Assembly: GCA_963802945.1 (NCBI GenBank)
Contig: CAWDKY010000014.1
Coordinates: forward strand, 1-64,000
Source of the DNA: an uncultured delta proteobacterium
GTDB taxonomy: Bacteria; Desulfobacterota; RBG-13-43-22
DNA length: 64,000 bases
Direction of reading: 5' to 3'
The position numbers and the translations under genes are program-made. Of this stretch, positions 1 to 9,917 are shown one piece after another. How positions within the stretch are numbered: position 1 is the stretch's first letter; every line of letters begins with the position of its first letter. Under the pieces are notes generated by a model. It had not been told where the DNA came from and made no database searches. It saw nothing but the letters and a program-made list of their open reading frames with translations.

Positions 1-6
1 AATGTA

Positions 7-240
7 TTGCTTATCGAGGAAGGATCGGTGGTAACCGGCGTCGTCAAGAATCTGGCCGAATACGGGGCCTTCATCGACCTGGGCGGCATTGACGGCCTGC
101 TGCACGTCACCGATATTTCCTGGGGGCGCATCGCTCACCCCTCCGAAGTGCTGCACGTCGGCGAAGAGATCACGGTCAAGGTGCTTAAGTTCGACCGCGC
201 CAAGGAACGGGTGTCGCTCGGCATGAAGCAGTTGGCGCCC
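7..240 (+). pseudogene. rpsA: Internal fragment of ribosomal protein S1 (one S1 domain)
   Basis: [44 protein letters not shown]...VSLGMKQL is a typical RpsA S1 repeat. Similarity stops abruptly near 240. Confidence 0.85.
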
Positions 241-251
241 TATCTCGGGAG

Positions 252-566
252 TTGGCCCTTCCCGGCGGGTGCGTGCTCGGTCCCCGTCCGGTGAATCTCC
301 ACCTGGCCGGTTTTGCAAAACTGGGAGCAAAGATTAAAGAAGAGCATGGTTATGTGATTGCCTCTGCTGACCGGCTCTCCGGCAGCACGATTTTTTTCGA
401 TCGACCCAGCCACACCGGCACGGAAAATATCCTGATGGCTGCTTGCCTGGCCAAAGGCAACACCACCATTATAAATGCCGCCTGCGATCCGGAGGGGTGA
501 CGGATCTGGCCGACTTTCTTAACCGGATGGGTGCGAAAATCAAAGGTGCGGGAAGCTCGACTATCC
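252..566 (+). pseudogene. murA: Internal fragment of UDP-N-acetylglucosamine 1-carboxyvinyltransferase, frameshift near 496
   Basis: [17 protein letters not shown] (catalytic Cys loop) and [15 protein letters not shown]; continues in another frame as [22 protein letters not shown]. Both termini are missing. Confidence 0.85.
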
Positions 567-1625
567 TGTGCGATCCTCTAGGAGAGCCATCTGCCGCATA
601 TCCGATGTGATGCTCTCCAATTTATCGCGTGATGTCTTTGCTCTCTGATCTGGTTCCAAACTGCAGACGACGTCGTCTAGTCTCACGTTCGCCTCATACG
701 TGTTGAGTTTTCCAAGAGTGCGGCGGACAAATGCCAAACTCCTTCCTTCAAGGAATCGAAATATCGAGGGAATAAGGTATTCTTTTCTTTCTTCAAAAGT
801 GAGCCATTTGCGCCCAAGTGCTTCGGCGGCAAAGCCCGTCGTATTAGAGCCCCCGAATATGTCCAGGACAATGTCATTCTCATCGGTAAGCATCCTTATG
901 AAGAACGCGGGCAGCTCAGCAGGAAATCTCGCCGGGTGGCGCTCTAATCCTAGTTCCTTGCAGAGCCAGAGATAATTGGAGTTGCTGTCAGTATTGGGAA
1001 GAGTAAGTAAGTTGGAGGGTATAGCACCACCATTGTCCTTGCCAAAACTTGCACTGATGTCATGACCCGATGGCCGTTTCTTCGGCCTGTAGAAGCTGTT
1101 GGGATCCTGAATCAGTTTCTTCATCCGTTCGGAGTATGGTGCCAAGACCTTTCTGACATCGGCCTTTGGCGATTCTGTCTTGCTAAACCACCAGACTGTA
1201 TTGACCGAGTCCTTTGCGCGAATCTTACGCTTGTTCACCCACTCGATCGGGGAGGGTAGTTTGGCCGGATTAAACCAGTAGAAGTCTTCGGCTAAGTGAA
1301 ACCCTACGTCGTCGCAGAGTCTCAGGAGAACTCGGAAGTTGTACAGTGAGCGTGACGGTACGCCCGCTCGATATGCCCCGCCCAAATCTAGGACGAAGCT
1401 TCCGCTTTTCTTGAGGACTCTGAACACCTCCCTACTGAAAGGTGTTATCCATGTGACGTATTCTGTTTCTTCAACGTTGCCATAGGATTTCTGTCGCCTG
1501 AGTGCAAAGGGGGGTGAGGTGAGCACAAGATCGATGCTTTCATCGGCCACCTCGCTTAGCAGGGCAAGAGCATCACCGACGAATGCACGCCCCTGTTTCG
1601 TAAAATATAGTGGGGCTCTCTTCAT
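561..1625 (-). CDS. Site-specific DNA methyltransferase, N4-C/N6-A beta class (M.PvuII-like)
   Basis: Catalytic LTSPPF precedes the SAM-binding [10 protein letters not shown] (beta order); HPARFP motif. Confidence 0.92.
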   Translation of the reverse strand: MKRAPLYFTKQGRAFVGDALALLSEVADESIDLVLTSPPFALRRQKSYGNVEETEYVTWITPFSREVFRVLKKSGSFVLDLGGAYRAGVPSRSLYNFRVLLRLCDDVGFHLAEDFYWFNPAKLPSPIEWVNKRKIRAKDSVNTVWWFSKTESPKADVRKVLAPYSERMKKLIQDPNSFYRPKKRPSGHDISASFGKDNGGAIPSNLLTLPNTDSNSNYLWLCKELGLERHPARFPAELPAFFIRMLTDENDIVLDIFGGSNTTGFAAEALGRKWLTFEERKEYLIPSIFRFLEGRSLAFVRRTLGKLNTYEANVRLDDVVCSLEPDQRAKTSRDKLESITSDMRQMALLEDRTG

Positions 1626-1626
1626 T

Positions 1627-3115
1627 CTAAAACTCCGTTAGGCCGTCAATCCAACTCGCCAAAATCTGCCAGAGGACGCTCGCCGCAAAGTAGACCTCGG
1701 GGTCTGCTCTACAAATGGCGTCAACGTCGGCCTCGGCGAACCTTTCTTTACCGTGACCAACAATGTAGCTGACCCACCTCCTAAGATTGTCATCTGCATT
1801 GTGGAGTATGTCTCGGGGGTTAAAACTTCCAGTCCTGGCGAGCGCCCAGGATATCCCATCTCGTCTTGATGGGTCAGTGGTCTTCAGTAGGTCTACTACA
1901 TGGGTTACCTGTGGTTCAGCGATTTTCAGAAGTGCTCTTGCCGCTTCGGTTTTGACCTCTAAAGCGGTCGAATTGAAGGTATCTACCAAATGCCGTTGCC
2001 GTGGTTGCGGTCGCAAACTGCCCGAGAGCCCACGCTGCGCCCGCGCGAAGTTCTTCATCTCGTCCGGTATCCCGCAAGACCTCGATCAACAGGCTCTCGC
2101 TTCGGTTCTTGGGAATTTCTGATGCAACAATTAGGGTCTCAAGTTGGGTTTCTAGTGGAACATCCAATATAGCACTTCTCAACTTAGCCTCTATGAATGT
2201 CCATCCGGCAATGTGGTCGTGCGCCGCGAGGGCTGCTGCAGCCTCAAGCTGGACATAAATATCCTCTTCTGCGTGATTCATTCTGTCTTCAAGTGCAGGC
2301 CGGGCGGTTGTATACCCCCGATACCGAAGTGCTTTGACGGCGGCATAGCGCTCGCTCAGGTTTATGCTCGCTAGTTTTCCAATAAAGTAAGCTTCATCGA
2401 CATCAGGAGGGCACGTAAGAGTGAGTTGTAAGGGCACGACAGCCGCAACAATCTGATTTGGTTCGACAGTATCGTTAGTTTGAACCTGCGGAGTCAAAAC
2501 TATTGCGCCCTTACTTCGACTCAACTGGATTGTCTGGGCTCGTGAGGGAGTGACCGGCATCAAACGAAGTCTCGTCGCGGAGACTTCAGAAACCGTTGAT
2601 CTCTGATTGGCAACTGCGGATGTCCACACTACACGGATTTCTGATCCCTCTTCAACACCTTTAGGTTTCGTTATCGATACACGCTTTCCGGCAAAAGCAT
2701 CCCGCAAATCTTTGACACTGATGAAATGAACTGGGGATATGAGTTTCGGGTCTATGGGCGACTCGGCACTCTGCTCGAAGACGACGATGGAAACATAATC
2801 GTCGTCCCGCATTCCTGCATCCCACGCTCGCCTGGGGTCTTTTAACGAGTGTGACATAGAAATCTCTGGCTTTGTCTTGCCTCTAGACTCAACACGGAGT
2901 CCGGTCTTCAGACAGAGAATGTCGGGGACGCGAACACGCTTGATCTTGATCTTCTTCCATATCTTGAAACCGGTCGATCCTCGCTCAAGTTCGATGGGGT
3001 TGAATCCCAACGCCGCCAAACGCTTAATAGTTGCATTTGTACCTGCGGCGCCAACCGCCAGTTTTCTGAGAAAACTGTCATCGCTCTTAAAGTTAATCGC
3101 CACTATGCCACCCAT
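1627..3115 (-). CDS. Putative PD-(D/E)XK restriction endonuclease with C-terminal HEAT-like repeats; single frameshift near 1990
   Basis: N-terminal VPDILCLKTGLRVESRGK; HEAT-like units ERYAAVKAL, VQLEAAAAL, LRAGAAWALG, VKTEAARAL. ORFs 1916-3115 and 1627-2058 join by removing one T. Directly upstream of the MTase (1-bp gap). Confidence 0.6.
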
Positions 3116-3363
3116 TTCGGTTATTGCTCGTAGTCATGCCTTTCTCCGATATTGTCTTTTGGCCCTATTAATATACCTAATTTTAATAATTTTTATTCAA
3201 TATTTTAACATCTCATCATATTTAATAAAAGCTAAAAGTTACATAAAATTGTATAGGTATCCATTATTCCCGTTATTCCTCACGTGTTTTAATTCCCTTC
3301 GGATTCATCTTCCTCACGCCTTTTATTTCCAAGAAGAGGTGTCTTTCGCAATTCTCATAAAAT

Positions 3364-3402
3364 ACAAAATTGTTATAAAATTTTTAAAAAATACAAAATT
3401 GA
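3364..3402 (+). promoter_or_regulatory. Paired upstream boxes ACAAAATTGT / ACAAAATTGA (candidate enhancer-binding-protein sites)
   Basis: Boxes start at 3364 and 3393 (29-bp spacing), about 90 bp upstream of a sigma54 site. The same arrangement recurs at four other N promoters. Confidence 0.55.
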
Positions 3403-3482
3403 AATAATGCGGCATCGTCAGACGTTAATAAAAAATTAAGTTAACTCAGTGTATTTAATGCAATATTAAAATGCAAAACCAA

Positions 3483-3500
3483 TTGGCATGGATACTGCTT
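3483..3500 (+). promoter_or_regulatory. sigma54 -24/-12 promoter of porin gene
   Basis: TTGGCATGGATACTGCT: GG 3485-86, 10 nt, GC 3497-98. Confidence 0.75.
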
Positions 3501-3575
3501 ATTCATAAGAGTCAAAACGGATAGGATTTAAATCACCGAATTGTTAATCACCAAATTAAAGAAGGGAGAAGGAGA

Positions 3576-4751
3576 ATGACCAAGAGATTGTTGAGCATGA
3601 CCATGGCTGTTTTCATATTGTTGGGGCTTACCGTAACGGCCATGGCCGATGAGGCCAAGCCTGAAACAGCCAAACCTGAGGCGACACAGGCCGAGCCCGC
3701 CAAGCCGGCGGCCATGACCGTCGATCAAATAAAGGAACTCCTGGGGATGAGCATCTATCTGCAGGGGGGATATACCTACAACTTCAGAAACCCCGATTCC
3801 CAGGAAAATGATTTAAGGCTATTTGACCATAAGGCCAACAGCTTCACCCTGGACTTGGCCGAGTTGCAGTTTATGAAGGATGCGCCGATAGGGGGGATGG
3901 GATACAAACTGAAGGTGTCAGCCGGAGAAACGGCCAAGTACATTCATTCTCTTGGGCTGGGTATTGAGGATGGCCAGGCCCCGGCGGATACCGAAGCCTT
4001 TGATTTGACCGAGGCCTATATCCAATACAACGCCCCTCTGGGTAAGGGACTGAAGTTCACATTCGGAAAGTTTGCCACCTATATCGGGGCCGAGGTTATC
4101 GAAGCCAGAGACAACCCCAACTATTCTCGGTCCTTTTTATTTAACTATGCCATACCCTTTACCCATACCGGGCTGTCAATGGCCTATCCTTTTTCAGAAG
4201 CCGTGAGCACCAGCCTTTACATCGTTAACGGCTGGGACAAAGCCGTTGCCAACAACACGGGTAAGACCGGCGGGTTCAGTTTCGCTTGGACGCCCATAGA
4301 ACAACTGGCCATGAATTTCAACTTTATGTACGGGCCGGAGCAGAAAAATAATGACTCCAACAACCGGTTCCTCTTTGACTGGGTGGGGACCATCAAACCG
4401 ATTAAGAACTTGAGCTTAATCTTGAACACTGATTACGGCACCGAGCAGAAGGACCCTAATGCCGGGGGAGTGGATTCCAAATGGTATGGAGCGGCCGAGA
4501 TCGTCAAATATGATTTCAGTGATTGGTTCAGCCTGGCGCTGCGGGGTGAATACTTCGACGACCCGAATGGGGCCAGGACGGGAACGGTCCAGGCTTTGAA
4601 AGAAATAACCTTTACCACGGAATTTCGTATAGCCAAGGGGTTGATCCTCAGGCCCGAATACCGCCATGACTGGTCGGACCAGAACAGCTTCAATGGCGGC
4701 AAAGATAAAAATCAGGACACCATCGCTCTGGGCGTCATGTATACCTGGTAG
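3576..4751 (+). CDS. Outer-membrane beta-barrel porin (BBP2/DUF1597-like)
   Basis: Signal peptide, GKFATYIGAEVIE, NYSRSFLFNYAIPFTHTG, LRPEYRHDWS, C-terminal aromatic YTW; RBS GGAG. Confidence 0.85.
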   Translation: MTKRLLSMTMAVFILLGLTVTAMADEAKPETAKPEATQAEPAKPAAMTVDQIKELLGMSIYLQGGYTYNFRNPDSQENDLRLFDHKANSFTLDLAELQFMKDAPIGGMGYKLKVSAGETAKYIHSLGLGIEDGQAPADTEAFDLTEAYIQYNAPLGKGLKFTFGKFATYIGAEVIEARDNPNYSRSFLFNYAIPFTHTGLSMAYPFSEAVSTSLYIVNGWDKAVANNTGKTGGFSFAWTPIEQLAMNFNFMYGPEQKNNDSNNRFLFDWVGTIKPIKNLSLILNTDYGTEQKDPNAGGVDSKWYGAAEIVKYDFSDWFSLALRGEYFDDPNGARTGTVQALKEITFTTEFRIAKGLILRPEYRHDWSDQNSFNGGKDKNQDTIALGVMYTW

Positions 4752-4922
4752 TTAAAATATTTTCTGGAAATCTTGACCATGCGGCTCTGGCCGCGGCGGA
4801 GCTGGGGCCGCTCATTGCCCCAGTACAGGTTCAAGGTCTTATGAGAGGCCTGTTTAGATTAATGGTTTAAAAAAACACATAGAGGTACCTGACAGGTCAG
4901 GTACAAAAGTAAGGAGGAAATT

Positions 4923-6831
4923 ATGACAAACGAACAACCACCAGTCACCAGGGGAACGCTCGGTGTGACGGGTCTGACGATCAACGCCATGGCCCTAATC
5001 GCCCCCGGCGCATTCTTGTGGTTAACCTTTCAAATGCAATCGCTTTACGGAGCACCGATGGCCGGCATCGCTATGTGGTTCGGCATTTTCTTCGCCCTGT
5101 TGCTCTGTTTCGCTACAGCCATTAGTTACTCAGAATTGGCCAAGTTGTATCCCGGCCCCGGTTCGTCCTATCTGTATGCGGAGCAGGCCTTCCTTTCGAA
5201 GACCCACGCCTACAAGTTCGCCCGGATAGCAAAATTTTTCACCGGCTGGGCCAGTCACTTGTATTACTGGATGTATCCTGGGGTTATGGTCGGCGTGACG
5301 GCCATCTTGGGGGGGTTTTTACTCAGCCAGTTTTTCCCGGATACTTTCAGCAGCACCTATAACAGCCCGCTTTTCATGTTTCTCTTTTGCATCGTCTTCG
5401 CCCTCGGGGTGGCCTACATCGCCTTCCGGGGAATAACGGGCACGACGGCCGTCAATATGGTGATCAATATCATCCAGATCACGGCCCTGCTGATATTCAC
5501 CTTGATGGCCATCGGCTATCGGGTTCAGCATCCCCAAGGATCGACCGGTTACCACCTTTCCAACAGCATCGCCGTGAACTACCAGATCGCCCAGGTGCCG
5601 CAGAAAGACGCCAAGGGAAATCCGCTGCCGGTGCTCGACGCTGCCGGCAAGCCGACCATGAACAAGGAGGGCAAACCGGTCTTTCAAATGCAAGACGCCA
5701 TGGATGAGAAGACCGGTATGCCTGTGCCGGCCGACAAGGATGGCAAAGCAGTCACCGATCTGAAAGTGGCCGCACCGTTCACGGTCGACTATAAAGATGG
5801 GGCTATCACCAAGGATGATAAGGGGAACGAGGTGTTCAACTACCATTCGTCTGCCGCCTCGGTCGTTTATCCCCACGGGTTCAACTTTATCTTTATCCAG
5901 GCGGCCATCGCCATCCTGATCCTGGTCGGTTTCGAATCCATCACTGCCATGGGGGAGGAGGCCAAGCATCCGACGAGGGACATCCCTCGGGCCGTACTCC
6001 TGTCGCTGGCCATCCAGGGGGCGTTCTGCTACCTGATCGAGTATTTCGGCGCCAACTATCTGCTGCATAACGGCTACACCATGCGCGAACGCCGGCGCCT
6101 CAGGCGCGCCGTTGGGCGACATGATGGTCATCGTCGGCACCTGGCTTTTCGGCAGTTATGCCGCCGGAAAGGCATTCATGCTGGTCCAGGCCTTTACGGT
6201 CTTCCTGGCCCTGATCGGTACGACCCTTGCCTGCCTGAGCACCGGGGCCCGAGTCACCTATGCCATGGGCCGCGATGACGAAGTGCCGACGCACTTCGGT
6301 CTTCTGCACGGCAAAACTATGTCGCCCTACCGGGCCATCTGGACCCTGGGCATCATCTCGGCCATTATCGGCATAGTCACGGTGTTGGTGTATCTGGGCG
6401 GCCAGTCTACGGCGCTGGCGGCCCTGGACAAGCACAATTTCTGGTACAGCTTCGGCATCTTTTCGCCGGAGATGTATGTGAAACTGCCCAACACGCTGCT
6501 CATCGTCACCCTGGTCAGCAACTTCGGCACCTTCCTGCTCTATATGATGACCTGCTGGATCGCCATGGTGGCCTTCAAAGAGCATAAAAGCTTCAACGGC
6601 TTCAAGCATTTGGTTGTTCCGATCCTTGGTTTGTTGGCCAACCTGGTGATCATGCTCTTCTACTTGGTCGGGCCCTTTACGGTCGCTGGCATGAGCTGGA
6701 AGGAGCCTTACATCGCCCTGGGTTTCTGCACACTGTGGGGGGCATACGGCGTCTATCTACTTCCTGAAGACCAGCAAGACCAAAGGGAAAGAAATATTGG
6801 TCAGCAGACCGGTAAGATCATAGTTTGTTAA
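4923..6831 (+). CDS. APC-family amino acid/amine permease, frameshift near 6085 (a second possible shift near 6755 would end it at 6823)
   Basis: ALIAPGAF, YSELAKLYPGPGSSYLY, LVGFESITAMGEEAKHPTRDIPRA, then STGARVTYAMGRD in the second frame; many TM helices. Confidence 0.85.
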
Positions 6832-6849
6832 GAACCGTCTTTCAACAAG

Positions 6850-6895
6850 AGCTGGTCAGGAGGTCGGTCCTTAAGGACCGACCTCCTGACCAGCT
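6850..6895. repeat. Perfect 46-bp palindrome (possible terminator or mRNA-processing hairpin)
   Basis: AGCTGGTCAGGAGGTCGGTCCTT|AAGGACCGACCTCCTGACCAGCT, 23 matched pairs with no spacer. Confidence 0.9.
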
Positions 6896-6941
6896 TCATA
6901 GACTTTTAATTTCACAAAAAAAATGTTAACCTATTTAAATT

Positions 6942-8744
6942 ATGGAACTGACATACGCTGAACTTTCTTCACCCGGACCGGCCCGCGAGAACAACGAAGA
7001 TTTCGTCGGTTTCTGGCAACCGGAGACGCTGGAAGAAAAACGCAGCCGCGGCGCGGTGGCCGTGCTGGCCGACGGTGTAGGCGGGCTTAACCATGGCGAA
7101 GTGGCCAGCCGTCTGGCGGTAGAGACCGCCCTGAAGACCTTTCGCCAGGCCCCGGAAGGACATACCCCGCAGCAACTGCTTACCCAGATGTTCAATGCCG
7201 CTAATCTGGCGGTCTATGACAAAGGCATAGAAGATCACGGCAAGTCCCGCATGGCCACCACCCTGGACATCATTGTTTTCCGCGATAATGAAATCACCGT
7301 GGGCAATGTGGGGGATTCGCGGGTTTATCTGGTCCGCAAGGCCGAGATCAAACAACTGTCCACGGATCATACCTATATCGGCATGCAGCAAAAGTTGGGG
7401 TTGATTTCCGAGCAGGAGGGCAAGACTAGCGAAAACCGTTCCATCCTGACCCGCAGCATCGGCCAGGAGCCGATGATCCGGGTGGACGTGGAAAGTACTA
7501 TGGTGTTCAAGGGCGATCAGGTCGTACTTTGTTCCGACGGATTGTATGGCTATGTGGCCGACAGCGAGATCGCCGACATCGTCTCGCGCCTTTCCCCGGC
7601 CCAGGCCTGCCGTCAACTGGTCGCCCTGGCGGAGAAACGGGGCACGGACGATAATCTTTCTGTGCAGATTATTCAAATTAACGACCTGGAGAAGATCGCC
7701 TATTACCGTGGCGTCCCTATGTATGATGAAACGACAGACCCGACGACCCGTTACAATCTCCGGCCTGGGCAAACCCTCGACAACCGTTTCCTCATCAATG
7801 AGACTATCAGCCGCAGCGGTATGGCCACCATTTTCAAGGCCACCGACTTGAAAACCAAGGAGACCGTGGCTGTGAAAGTGCCCTTGATGGAGTTCGAGAG
7901 CGATCCGGGCTTCTACTCCCGGTTCCAACGGGAGGAAGAGATCGGAAGCCGCTTGAACCATCCCTACATCTTGAAATTCATTCCCGTGGACGAGAAAGAT
8001 CGCAGCCGGCCTTACATCGTCACCGAGTATCTCGGCGGCTATACCCTGGCCCACCTTTTGAACAGTGTCCGTCCCCTGCCTGAAAAGGACGCCGTCCAAC
8101 TGGCCGGCCGCATCTGTGACGCCTTGGCCTACATGCATGAGCACGGCGTCATCCATCGCGACTTGAAGCCCCAGAACATCATGATCTGCTACGACGGCAT
8201 GATCCGGATCATGGATTTCGGCATCGCCAAGGCCGCTGAGGGGAGACGAATCACCTTCACCGGCTTTACGCCGTCTGTGGGCACACCCGATTACATGGCC
8301 CCCGAGCAGGTCAAAGGGAAACGTGGAGACGAGCGGACCGACATTTATAGCCTCGGGGCCATCCTTTACGAAATGGTGGTCGGCGTGACCCCCTTCGAGT
8401 CTGAGAATGAAAATTTATTTGTCATTATGAACGCCCGGGTCACCGGTGACCCGGTGGCCCCGCGAAAAGTCAATCCGAAAGTCTCGCCCCAGGTGGAGGA
8501 GATCATCCTCCACGCCATGGAACGGGATCCCAAGAATCGCTATCCCACGGCCGCGACCATGAGGGCGGACCTGGACAACCCAAGCGCAGTGGAATTGACC
8601 GGGCGATGTGATCGACTACAGACGCCGAGGTCCTGGAGGCGCGGCTGGAAGAAAGCCTTCTGGATTGTTTTGGCTTCTCTGGTCCCGCTCATCCTCTTCC
8701 TCTTGGTATTGTTGCTGATTCTCCGCCGCGGCCCTTCGCATTGA
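6942..8744 (+). CDS. Bifunctional PP2C phosphatase / Hanks-type Ser/Thr kinase with C-terminal TM anchor
   Basis: PP2C: RENNED, LADGVGG, NVGDSRVY, LCSDGL, DDNLS. Kinase: VAVK, HRDLKPQN, DFG, GTPDYMAPE. Hydrophobic C-terminus. Confidence 0.93.
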   Translation: MELTYAELSSPGPARENNEDFVGFWQPETLEEKRSRGAVAVLADGVGGLNHGEVASRLAVETALKTFRQAPEGHTPQQLLTQMFNAANLAVYDKGIEDHGKSRMATTLDIIVFRDNEITVGNVGDSRVYLVRKAEIKQLSTDHTYIGMQQKLGLISEQEGKTSENRSILTRSIGQEPMIRVDVESTMVFKGDQVVLCSDGLYGYVADSEIADIVSRLSPAQACRQLVALAEKRGTDDNLSVQIIQINDLEKIAYYRGVPMYDETTDPTTRYNLRPGQTLDNRFLINETISRSGMATIFKATDLKTKETVAVKVPLMEFESDPGFYSRFQREEEIGSRLNHPYILKFIPVDEKDRSRPYIVTEYLGGYTLAHLLNSVRPLPEKDAVQLAGRICDALAYMHEHGVIHRDLKPQNIMICYDGMIRIMDFGIAKAAEGRRITFTGFTPSVGTPDYMAPEQVKGKRGDERTDIYSLGAILYEMVVGVTPFESENENLFVIMNARVTGDPVAPRKVNPKVSPQVEEIILHAMERDPKNRYPTAATMRADLDNPSAVELTGRCDRLQTPRSWRRGWKKAFWIVLASLVPLILFLLVLLLILRRGPSH

Positions 8745-8919
8745 GACTCCAAGATTGTGGGCGACTTGCTTCATGGATCACGTGAATTTGTATTTAAAAG
8801 GAAACAAGAAACCCAGAACAAACCCTGTGCCTATTGGGCAGAAACAAGTGGAAAAGTATACCCCTACGGACCATTTCAAAAATAATTAAGAGGAGAGGTT
8901 TTGTTTCTGTGATTTACTT

Positions 8920-9095
8920 CCTCGCCGATGCCACCTTGGATCGACTCGTACGTTCGGCTCATAAAATCATACTCAAAGGCAACTCTATGAGAAAATTTTG
9001 TTCCCCCTTGACTACACCCGTGTAGTATGACATTTTTTATTACAACGCAACGTCGCTTCGCTCCAATTCTCTGGACGGCATCAGCGGAATAGGCA
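8920..9095 (+). mobile_element. istB: IS21-family remnant: C-terminus of IstB helper ATPase and right end
   Basis: LADATLDRLVRSAHKIILKGNSMRK resembles the IstB C-terminus; followed by GTCGCTTCGCTCC...GGCATCAGCGGAATAGGCA, an IS21-like terminus. Confidence 0.65.
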
Positions 9096-9121
9096 TACCA
9101 AAACAATGAACAATTTATCAA

Positions 9122-9491
9122 CTATTCTCCTTATCCCGCACTTGTTTTAATTCCCTTCCCAGACATCTCCTTTACGTCTTTTATTTCCAAAAAAAAGGGA
9201 CTCTCGCAATTTTCAATAAATTACAAGAATGTTATAATATTTTTAAAAGAGACAATTATGTTATATTAAGGCATTTCAGATGTTAATGTAAAATTAAAGC
9301 AACTTATTGTAATTAATACAATAATAAAACGCAAACCCTATTGGATTGGATTATGCATAATTATAAAGGCAAAATGGATTGGGTCCAAATTCCCTCCCTT
9401 AATCATCAACTTATTAAAAAAGGAAAAGGGAAATGAAAAAGAGATTGTTGGGTGTGACCTTGCCTGTTTTTATGTTTTTGGGGCTTACCGT
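9122..9491 (+). repeat. Diverged duplicate of the porin promoter and first codons (copy of ~3262-3634)
   Basis: Colinear similarity, e.g. TGTTTTAATTCCCTTC, CTTTTATTTCCAA, AAGAGATTGTTG and TTGGGGCTTACCGT occur in both copies. Confidence 0.85.
9341..9358 (+). promoter_or_regulatory. sigma54 -24/-12 promoter (second copy) with paired boxes at 9223 and 9252
   Basis: TTGGATTGGATTATGCA: GG 9343-44, GC 9355-56; ACAAGAATGT and ACAATTATGT lie 29 bp apart. Confidence 0.6.
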
Positions 9492-9522
9492 GAAGAATGA
9501 CGAGCATTCAATTGGAGGTTAG
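9433..9522 (+). pseudogene. Truncated porin paralog (signal peptide only)
   Basis: MKKRLLGVTLPVFMFLGLTV vs porin MTKRLLSMTMAVFILLGLTV, then 9 unrelated codons and TAG. Confidence 0.8.
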
Positions 9523-9525
9523 ACT

Positions 9526-9849
9526 TTGACCTATATCGCTTGGCTGGTTTTCATTGGGGCGGCTATTCTGGAGGTCGGCGGTAACGCGGTTGTCCGCAAA
9601 GGGCTTCGTGGAAGCGGTCTTCTCATTATATTGGCGGGGTGTGTCATGTTGGGTTGTTACGGCCTGGTGGTCAACATGGTGAAATGGGATTTTTCAAAGC
9701 TGCTTGGCGTTTATGTGGCCATCTTTGCCCTAATAGGTATCTTGTTCGGACGATTCGTGTTTAACGAAAATATCCCAACCGCTACCTGGATGGGGCTGAT
9801 AGTCATTATTGGCGGCGGCCTGATCATTCAGTTCGGAAATCAGATATAG
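9526..9849 (+). CDS. Small 4-TM SMR/YnfA-like membrane protein
   Basis: 107 aa, four hydrophobic helices, membrane Glu in AAILEVGG; RBS GGAGG. Confidence 0.7.
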   Translation: MTYIAWLVFIGAAILEVGGNAVVRKGLRGSGLLIILAGCVMLGCYGLVVNMVKWDFSKLLGVYVAIFALIGILFGRFVFNENIPTATWMGLIVIIGGGLIIQFGNQI

Positions 9850-9917
9850 AGGTCGGAGTTCGACGAATCCTAATTTTAAAGTTTCAGGGAGCGCGAAAGC
9901 GTGCGTAAGGATTTATT

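Noticed and set aside
2877-3407. 176-aa + strand ORF
   Set aside because: Antisense to the nuclease gene and running into AT-rich promoter DNA; no coding signature.
5319-8156. Long antisense ORFs (5319-6140, 6969-8156) and similar shadows elsewhere, e.g. 44543-45283, 11241-11879, 57026-57613
   Set aside because: They lie opposite well-supported genes and lack recognisable motifs; expected from codon bias.
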